A DNA stretch of 64,000 bases, taken from Escherichia coli (GTDB lineage Bacteria; Pseudomonadota; Gammaproteobacteria; Enterobacterales; Enterobacteriaceae). The stretch is taken from NCBI RefSeq assembly GCF_048403405.1, contig NZ_CP183129.1, one strand, 5' to 3'. Below the pieces are notes generated by a model that searched no databases, was not told where the DNA came from, and saw nothing but the letters and a program-made list of their open reading frames with translations. The translations under genes were made by a program, and so were the position numbers. Shown here piece by piece: positions 57,172-64,000 of this stretch (positions are counted from its first letter, which is position 1; every line of letters starts with the position of its first letter).

Positions 57172-57896
57172 TGATTACCCTGAAAAATGTTTCAAAATGG
57201 TATGGTCACTTTCAGGTGCTGACCGACTGCTCAACCGAAGTGAAAAAAGGCGAAGTGGTGGTGGTTTGCGGCCCGTCTGGTTCCGGCAAATCAACGCTGA
57301 TTAAAACCGTCAACGGCCTCGAACCGGTGCAGCAAGGTGAAATTACCGTCGATGGCATCGTGGTTAACGATAAGAAAACCGATCTGGCAAAGCTGCGTTC
57401 CCGCGTCGGGATGGTGTTCCAGCATTTCGAGTTGTTCCCCCATTTGTCGATTATTGAAAACCTGACCCTGGCGCAGGTGAAAGTGCTTAAACGCGATAAA
57501 GCACCCGCTCGTGAAAAAGCATTGAAATTGCTGGAGCGCGTCGGGCTTTCCGCTCATGCCAATAAGTTTCCGGCGCAGCTTTCCGGCGGTCAGCAGCAGC
57601 GTGTGGCGATCGCTCGCGCATTGTGCATGGATCCTATCGCGATGCTGTTCGACGAACCGACATCGGCGCTGGATCCGGAGATGATCAACGAAGTGCTGGA
57701 CGTGATGGTGGAACTGGCGAACGAAGGAATGACCATGATGGTGGTGACCCACGAAATGGGCTTTGCCCGTAAAGTGGCGAATCGGGTGATCTTTATGGAC
57801 GAGGGTAAAATTGTCGAAGACTCGCCGAAAGACGCTTTCTTCGATGATCCGAAATCGGACCGCGCAAAAGACTTCCTCGCGAAAATCCTGCATTAA
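57171..57896 (+). CDS. gltL: Glutamate/aspartate ABC transporter ATP-binding protein
   Basis: 241 aa; Walker [13 protein letters not shown] signature LSGGQQQR, Walker [12 protein letters not shown]. Confidence 0.95.
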   Translation: MITLKNVSKWYGHFQVLTDCSTEVKKGEVVVVCGPSGSGKSTLIKTVNGLEPVQQGEITVDGIVVNDKKTDLAKLRSRVGMVFQHFELFPHLSIIENLTLAQVKVLKRDKAPAREKALKLLERVGLSAHANKFPAQLSGGQQQRVAIARALCMDPIAMLFDEPTSALDPEMINEVLDVMVELANEGMTMMVVTHEMGFARKVANRVIFMDEGKIVEDSPKDAFFDDPKSDRAKDFLAKILH

Positions 57897-58013
57897 TCAC
57901 TCTGGCGCGCATACCCAAGTGCGCGCCATCTCACGCTTTATCGTTTCACTCCTCGTATCTGTTACATCCTGGCGTTACCCTTGTCGCAAAGAAGCACACA
58001 ACAAGGAGCAACA

Positions 58014-58949
58014 ATGGCACTGCCAATTCTGTTAGATTGCGACCCAGGTCATGACGACGCTATCGCAATAGTTCTTGCCCTCGCCTCACCAGAGCTTGAT
58101 GTCAAAGCAATTACGTCTTCCGCCGGAAACCAGACTCCAGAAAAAACCTTACGCAATGTTCTGCGTATGCTGACCTTGCTTAATCGCACCGATATTCCGG
58201 TAGCAGGCGGCGCGGTAAAACCGTTAATGCGTGAGTTGATTATCGCGGACAATGTGCACGGCGAAAGCGGTCTCGACGGCCCGGCATTACCGGAACCGAC
58301 GTTCGCACCGCAAAACTGTACGGCGGTGGAGCTGATGGCGAAAACGCTGCGTGAAAGTGCGGAACCTGTCACGATTGTGTCTACCGGACCGCAAACTAAC
58401 GTTGCCTTGCTGCTCAATAGCCATCCGGAACTGCATAGCAAAATTGCCCGTATCGTGATTATGGGCGGCGCAATGGGGCTTGGTAACTGGACGCCAGCCG
58501 CCGAGTTTAATATTTATGTTGACCCGGAAGCGGCAGAAATTGTTTTCCAGTCAGGGATCCCGGTGGTGATGGCCGGTCTGGATGTTACTCACAAAGCACA
58601 AATTCACGTTGAGGACACCGAGCGTTTCCGCGCGATTGGCAACCCTGTTTCAACCATTGTTGCCGAACTGCTGGATTTCTTCCTCGAATATCATAAAGAC
58701 GAAAAATGGGGCTTTGTCGGCGCACCGCTGCATGACCCATGCACCATCGCCTGGCTGTTAAACCCGGAGTTGTTTACCACTGTTGAGCGCTGGGTTGGCG
58801 TGGAAACACAAGGGAAATATACCCAGGGTATGACGGTTGTTGATTATTATTATCTGACCGGCAATAAACCGAATGCTACTGTAATGGTCGATGTTGATCG
58901 TCAGGGCCTTGTTGATTTACTGGCTGATCGTCTGAAATTTTACGCTTAA
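58014..58949 (+). CDS. rihA: Pyrimidine-specific ribonucleoside hydrolase
   Basis: Start set at [22 protein letters not shown] (nucleoside-hydrolase DxDxxxDD motif), 311 aa. Confidence 0.93.
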   Translation: MALPILLDCDPGHDDAIAIVLALASPELDVKAITSSAGNQTPEKTLRNVLRMLTLLNRTDIPVAGGAVKPLMRELIIADNVHGESGLDGPALPEPTFAPQNCTAVELMAKTLRESAEPVTIVSTGPQTNVALLLNSHPELHSKIARIVIMGGAMGLGNWTPAAEFNIYVDPEAAEIVFQSGIPVVMAGLDVTHKAQIHVEDTERFRAIGNPVSTIVAELLDFFLEYHKDEKWGFVGAPLHDPCTIAWLLNPELFTTVERWVGVETQGKYTQGMTVVDYYYLTGNKPNATVMVDVDRQGLVDLLADRLKFYA

Positions 58950-58993
58950 TCACTCGCCGGATGACATCACGCCATCCGGCACCACTCATTTCA

Positions 58994-59476
58994 TTAAGGC
59001 TCGAACGGGCGTCTCTGGAACTGGTCATGACCACATTTCGGGCATAGCGTCAGCACTTCCGGTGTGTAGATCGGGAGATGGAAATGACATTTCTCGCAGA
59101 CCAGATTACCCAGCCCTACCACTTCTCCGCTGTGATAAACCCCGTGATGATTGAGGTCCTGGAAAACTTCGCGCCATTCAAGCTGCGTTTTATCGGTGAT
59201 GTCTGCCAGCTCCTGCCACAAGCTTTCTTTAATCACCCGCATAAAGACGCTGTCAGACTCTTCTTTCAGGCTCTCTTCATAGCTCATGGCGAACTCTTCC
59301 AGGTCACGTCTGACAGCTCGCGTCAGCTCATCGACTTCGGTTCGCGTTAACTCCCCTGTTTTTATTACGCGCTCGCGCGCCTGTTCCACCAGTGCGTCGA
59401 TATCACGTTCGCCATTGCGCAGGCGTTCGCTCAGTGACGCGACCAGTTCACGGTAATATTGAGCAACCTTGTTCAT
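58994..59476 (-). CDS. ybeL: DUF1451-family protein YbeL
   Basis: 160 aa with C-terminal CxxC...CxxC zinc-ribbon (CEKCHF...CPKCGH). Confidence 0.85.
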   Translation of the reverse strand: MNKVAQYYRELVASLSERLRNGERDIDALVEQARERVIKTGELTRTEVDELTRAVRRDLEEFAMSYEESLKEESDSVFMRVIKESLWQELADITDKTQLEWREVFQDLNHHGVYHSGEVVGLGNLVCEKCHFHLPIYTPEVLTLCPKCGHDQFQRRPFEP

Positions 59477-59710
59477 CGTTTCATCTCCCGGGTCGTTAAC
59501 TGACTATAATAATAGACGTTCTTTGTTCCTTGCTTTGCTAATACGCCCACAAACTCTGTAAATTAATGTATGAATAATCCGGGCATCATTTCAACGTCGA
59601 ATGCGCGAAAGGCTGTTTTGACGCGGACGTTTGGGCTATGCTATGCGGATCTGAAAAACCACCTCAACGCTACATTTGTAGCCGTATTGAAAACAGGACC
59701 ACTGGCTGCC

Positions 59711-62293
59711 ATGCAAGAGCAATACCGCCCGGAAGAGATAGAATCCAAAGTACAGCTTCATTGGGATGAGAAGCGCACATTTGAAGTAACCGAAGACGAG
59801 AGCAAAGAGAAGTATTACTGCCTGTCTATGCTTCCCTATCCTTCTGGTCGACTACACATGGGCCACGTACGTAACTACACCATTGGTGACGTGATCGCCC
59901 GCTACCAGCGTATGCTGGGCAAAAACGTCCTGCAGCCGATCGGCTGGGACGCGTTTGGTCTGCCTGCGGAAGGCGCGGCGGTGAAAAACAACACCGCACC
60001 GGCACCGTGGACGTACGACAACATCGCGTACATGAAAAACCAGCTCAAAATGCTGGGCTTTGGTTATGACTGGAGCCGCGAGCTGGCAACCTGTACACCG
60101 GAATACTACCGTTGGGAACAGAAATTCTTCACCGAGCTGTATAAAAAAGGCCTGGTATATAAGAAGACTTCTGCAGTCAACTGGTGCCCGAACGACCAGA
60201 CCGTACTGGCGAACGAACAAGTTATCGACGGCTGCTGCTGGCGCTGCGATACCAAAGTTGAGCGTAAAGAGATCCCGCAATGGTTTATCAAAATCACCGC
60301 TTACGCTGACGAGCTGCTTAACGATCTGGATAAACTGGATCACTGGCCAGACACCGTTAAAACCATGCAGCGTAACTGGATCGGTCGTTCCGAAGGCGTG
60401 GAAATCACCTTCAACGTTAACGACTATGACAACACGCTGACCGTTTACACTACCCGCCCGGACACCTTTATGGGTTGTACCTACCTGGCGGTAGCGGCAG
60501 GTCATCCGCTGGCGCAGAAAGCGGCGGAAAATAATCCTGAACTGGCGGCCTTTATTGACGAATGCCGTAACACCAAAGTTGCCGAAGCTGAAATGGCAAC
60601 GATGGAGAAAAAAGGCGTCGATACTGGCTTTAAAGCGGTTCACCCATTAACGGGCGAAGAAATTCCCGTTTGGGCAGCAAACTTCGTATTGATGGAGTAC
60701 GGCACGGGCGCAGTTATGGCGGTTCCGGGTCACGACCAGCGCGACTACGAGTTTGCCTCTAAATACGGCCTGAATATCAAACCGGTTATCCTGGCAGCTG
60801 ACGGCTCTGAGCCAGATCTTTCTCAGCAAGCCCTGACTGAAAAAGGCGTTCTGTTCAACTCTGGCGAGTTCAACGGTCTTGACCATGAAGCGGCCTTCAA
60901 CGCTATCGCCGATAAACTGACTGCGATGGGCGTTGGCGAGCGTAAAGTGAACTACCGCCTGCGCGACTGGGGTGTTTCCCGTCAACGTTACTGGGGCGCG
61001 CCGATTCCGATGGTGACGCTGGAAGACGGTACCGTAATGCCGACCCCGGACGACCAGCTGCCGGTGATCCTGCCGGAAGATGTGGTGATGGACGGTATTA
61101 CCAGCCCGATTAAAGCAGATCCGGAGTGGGCAAAAACTACCGTTAACGGTATGCCAGCGCTGCGTGAAACCGACACTTTCGACACCTTTATGGAGTCCTC
61201 CTGGTACTATGCGCGCTACACTTGCCCGGAGTACAAAGAAGGTATGCTGGATTCCAAAGCGGCTAACTACTGGCTGCCGGTGGATATCTACATTGGTGGT
61301 ATCGAACACGCCATTATGCACCTGCTCTACTTCCGCTTCTTCCACAAACTGATGCGTGATGCAGGCATGGTGAACTCTGACGAACCAGCGAAACAGTTAC
61401 TGTGTCAGGGTATGGTGCTGGCAGATGCCTTCTACTATGTTGGCGAAAACGGCGAACGTAACTGGGTTTCCCCGGTTGATGCTATCGTTGAACGTGACGA
61501 GAAAGGCCGTATCGTGAAAGCGAAAGATGCGGCAGGCCATGAACTGGTTTATACCGGCATGAGCAAAATGTCCAAGTCGAAGAACAACGGTATCGACCCG
61601 CAGGTGATGGTTGAACGTTACGGCGCGGACACCGTTCGTCTGTTTATGATGTTTGCTTCTCCGGCTGATATGACTCTCGAATGGCAGGAATCCGGCGTGG
61701 AAGGGGCTAACCGCTTCCTGAAACGTGTCTGGAAACTGGTTTACGAGCACACAGCGAAAGGTGATGTTGCGGCACTGAACGTTGATGCGCTGACTGAAGA
61801 TCAGAAAGCGCTGCGTCGCGATGTGCATAAAACGATCGCTAAAGTGACCGATGATATCGGCCGTCGTCAGACCTTCAACACCGCAATTGCGGCGATTATG
61901 GAGCTGATGAACAAACTGGCGAAAGCACCGACCGATGGCGAGCAGGACCGCGCCCTGATGCAGGAAGCGCTGCTGGCGGTAGTCCGTATGCTTAACCCGT
62001 TCACCCCGCACATCTGCTTCACGCTGTGGCAGGAACTGAAAGGCGAAGGCGATATCGACAACGCACCGTGGCCGGTTGCTGACGAAAAAGCGATGGTGGA
62101 AGACTCCACGCTGGTCGTGGTGCAGGTTAACGGTAAAGTCCGTGCAAAAATCACCGTTCCGGTGGACGCAACGGAAGAACAGGTTCGCGAACGTGCTGGC
62201 CAGGAACATCTGGTAGCAAAATATCTTGATGGCGTTACTGTACGTAAAGTGATTTACGTACCAGGTAAACTCCTCAATCTGGTCGTTGGCTAA
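59711..62293 (+). CDS. leuS: Leucyl-tRNA synthetase
   Basis: Start set at [18 protein letters not shown] (860 aa); HMGH (HIGH-class) and KMSKS motifs present. The track ORF has a 47-codon upstream extension. Confidence 0.97.
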   Translation: MQEQYRPEEIESKVQLHWDEKRTFEVTEDESKEKYYCLSMLPYPSGRLHMGHVRNYTIGDVIARYQRMLGKNVLQPIGWDAFGLPAEGAAVKNNTAPAPWTYDNIAYMKNQLKMLGFGYDWSRELATCTPEYYRWEQKFFTELYKKGLVYKKTSAVNWCPNDQTVLANEQVIDGCCWRCDTKVERKEIPQWFIKITAYADELLNDLDKLDHWPDTVKTMQRNWIGRSEGVEITFNVNDYDNTLTVYTTRPDTFMGCTYLAVAAGHPLAQKAAENNPELAAFIDECRNTKVAEAEMATMEKKGVDTGFKAVHPLTGEEIPVWAANFVLMEYGTGAVMAVPGHDQRDYEFASKYGLNIKPVILAADGSEPDLSQQALTEKGVLFNSGEFNGLDHEAAFNAIADKLTAMGVGERKVNYRLRDWGVSRQRYWGAPIPMVTLEDGTVMPTPDDQLPVILPEDVVMDGITSPIKADPEWAKTTVNGMPALRETDTFDTFMESSWYYARYTCPEYKEGMLDSKAANYWLPVDIYIGGIEHAIMHLLYFRFFHKLMRDAGMVNSDEPAKQLLCQGMVLADAFYYVGENGERNWVSPVDAIVERDEKGRIVKAKDAAGHELVYTGMSKMSKSKNNGIDPQVMVERYGADTVRLFMMFASPADMTLEWQESGVEGANRFLKRVWKLVYEHTAKGDVAALNVDALTEDQKALRRDVHKTIAKVTDDIGRRQTFNTAIAAIMELMNKLAKAPTDGEQDRALMQEALLAVVRMLNPFTPHICFTLWQELKGEGDIDNAPWPVADEKAMVEDSTLVVVQVNGKVRAKITVPVDATEEQVRERAGQEHLVAKYLDGVTVRKVIYVPGKLLNLVVG

Positions 62294-62307
62294 GCGCGGG
62301 AGGAAGC

Positions 62308-62889
62308 GTGCGATATCTGGCAACATTGTTGTTATCTCTGGCGGTGTTAATCACCGCCGGGTGTGGCTGGCATCTGCGTGATACCACGCAGGTTCCTTCC
62401 ACTATGAAGGTCATGATCCTGGACTCAGGCGATCCGAACGGGCCATTAAGCCGTGCGGTGCGTAACCAGTTACGTCTGAATGGTGTCGAGTTGCTTGATA
62501 AAGAAACCACGCGTAAGGACGTTCCATCCCTGCGTTTGGGTAAAGTGAGCATCGCGAAAGATACCGCATCGGTATTCCGTAACGGTCAAACAGCAGAGTA
62601 TCAGATGATCATGACGGTCAATGCGACCGTGTTGATCCCCGGCCGTGACATCTACCCGATTAGCGCCAAAGTCTTCCGTTCGTTCTTCGATAACCCGCAA
62701 ATGGCGTTAGCGAAAGATAACGAACAAGACATGATCGTAAAAGAGATGTACGACCGTGCTGCCGAACAGCTGATTCGTAAGCTGCCAAGCATCCGTGCTG
62801 CGGATATTCGTTCCGACGAAGAACAGACGTCGACCACAACGGATACTCCGGCAACGCCTGCACGCGTCTCTACCACGCTGGGTAACTGA
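62308..62889 (+). CDS. lptE: LPS-assembly lipoprotein LptE
   Basis: 193 aa; GTG start, lipobox LITAGC. Confidence 0.93.
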
Positions 62890-63920
62890 TGATTCGGTTG
62901 TACCCGGAACAACTCCGCGCGCAGCTCAATGAAGGGCTGCGCGCGGCGTATCTTTTACTTGGTAACGATCCTCTGTTATTGCAGGAAAGCCAGGACGCTA
63001 TTCGTCAGGTAGCTGCGGTACAAGGATTCGAAGAACACCACACTTTTTCCATTGATCCCAACACTGACTGGAATGCGATCTTTTCGTTATGCCAGGCCAT
63101 GAGTCTGTTTGCCAGTCGACAAACGCTATTGCTGTTGTTATCAGAAAACGGACCGAATGCGGCGATTAATGAACAACTTCTCACACTCACCGGACTTCTG
63201 CATGACGACCTGCTGTTGATCGTCCGCGGCAATAAATTAAGCAAAGCGCAAGAAAATGCCGCCTGGTTTACTGCTCTTGCGAATCGCAGCGTGCAGGTGA
63301 CCTGTCAGACACCGGAGCAGGCTCAGCTTCCCCGTTGGGTTGCTGCGCGTGCAAAACAGCTCAACTTAGAACTGGATGACGCGGCGAATCAGGTGCTCTG
63401 CTACTGTTATGAAGGTAACCTGCTGGCGCTGGCTCAGGCACTGGAGCGTTTATCGCTACTCTGGCCAGACGGCAAACTGACATTACCTCGCGTTGAACAG
63501 GCGGTGAATGATGCCGCGCATTTCACCCCTTTTCATTGGGTTGATGCTTTGTTGATGGGAAAAAGTAAGCGCGCGTTGCATATTCTTCAGCAACTGCGTC
63601 TGGAAGGCAGCGAACCGGTTATTTTGTTGCGCACATTACAACGTGAACTGTTGTTACTGGTTAACCTGAAACGCCAGTCTGCCCATACGCCACTGCGTGC
63701 GTTGTTTGATAAGCATCGGGTATGGCAGAACCGCCGGGGCATGATGGGCGAGGCGTTAAATCGCTTAAGCCAGCCGCAGTTACGTCAGGCCGTGCAACTC
63801 CTGACACGAACGGAACTCACCCTCAAACAAGATTACGGTCAGTCAGTGTGGGCAGAGCTGGAAGGGTTATCTCTTCTGTTGTGCCATAAACCCCTGGCGG
63901 ACGTATTTATCGACGGTTGA
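62889..63920 (+). CDS. holA: DNA polymerase III delta subunit
   Basis: 343 aa starting [30 protein letters not shown]; start overlaps the lptE stop. Confidence 0.95.
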
Positions 63921-63921
63921 T

Positions 63922-64000
63922 ATGAAATCTTTACAGGCTCTGTTTGGTGGCACCTTTGATCCGGTGCACTATGGTCATCTTAAACCCGTGGAAACGCTGG
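63922..64000 (+). CDS. nadD: Nicotinate-mononucleotide adenylyltransferase, 5' end (continues beyond window)
   Basis: [26 protein letters not shown] with the nucleotidyltransferase (H/T)xGH motif; truncated by the window end. Confidence 0.85.

Noticed and set aside
59852-61345. Two long minus-strand ORFs (263 aa and 232 aa)
   Set aside because: Antisense to leuS.

Overview
This window is an Escherichia coli-type chromosomal segment with the backbone ybgI'–dtpD–phr–ybgA / Rhs element / ybfA / kdpFABCDE / pgm–seqA / ybfF–ybfE–fldA–uof–fur / chiQ–chiP / glnS / nagE–nagBACD / asnB / a seven-tRNA cluster (metT-leuW-glnU-glnW-metU-glnV-glnX) / ubiF / miaB–ybeZ–ybeY–corC–lnt / gltIJKL / rihA / ybeL / leuS–lptE–holA–nadD'. 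All calls rest on reading the supplied ORF translations and the raw sequence; no database search was run. Three stretches look accessory. (1) The most interesting is a roughly 9 kb, nine-gene island at 28247..37300 between glnS and nagE, which I recall as adjacent in K-12. It has two divergent operons: DeoR regulator, PdxA-family dehydrogenase and DUF1537 acid-sugar kinase on the minus strand; Fe-alcohol dehydrogenase, DHDPS/NanA-family lyase, TerC-family membrane protein, a signal-peptide-less BNR/Asp-box sialidase-like protein, a YhcH-family protein and an anion permease on the plus strand. Two palindromic operator-like sites sit in the shared promoter. I cannot assign it to any characterised pathway; it looks like an uncharacterised ulosonic/sialic-acid-like sugar-acid catabolic system feeding a C4 acid-sugar phosphate route. 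(2) An Rhs polymorphic-toxin locus: full-length rhsC with an AT-rich C-terminal toxin tip and overlapping immunity gene, followed by a start-less orphan rhs C-terminal fragment with a 23-bp tandem duplication at its junction and no cognate immunity ORF, then a 3'-truncated ISAs1/H-repeat transposase. (3) Gene-content differences from K-12 as I remember it: pgm abuts kdpE and ybeL abuts rihA, so the speF-potE and hscC-ybeQRTUV blocks appear absent. No CRISPR array, rRNA, or prophage integrase was seen. Several ORF-track entries are N-terminal over-extensions or antisense shadows and were corrected or rejected.
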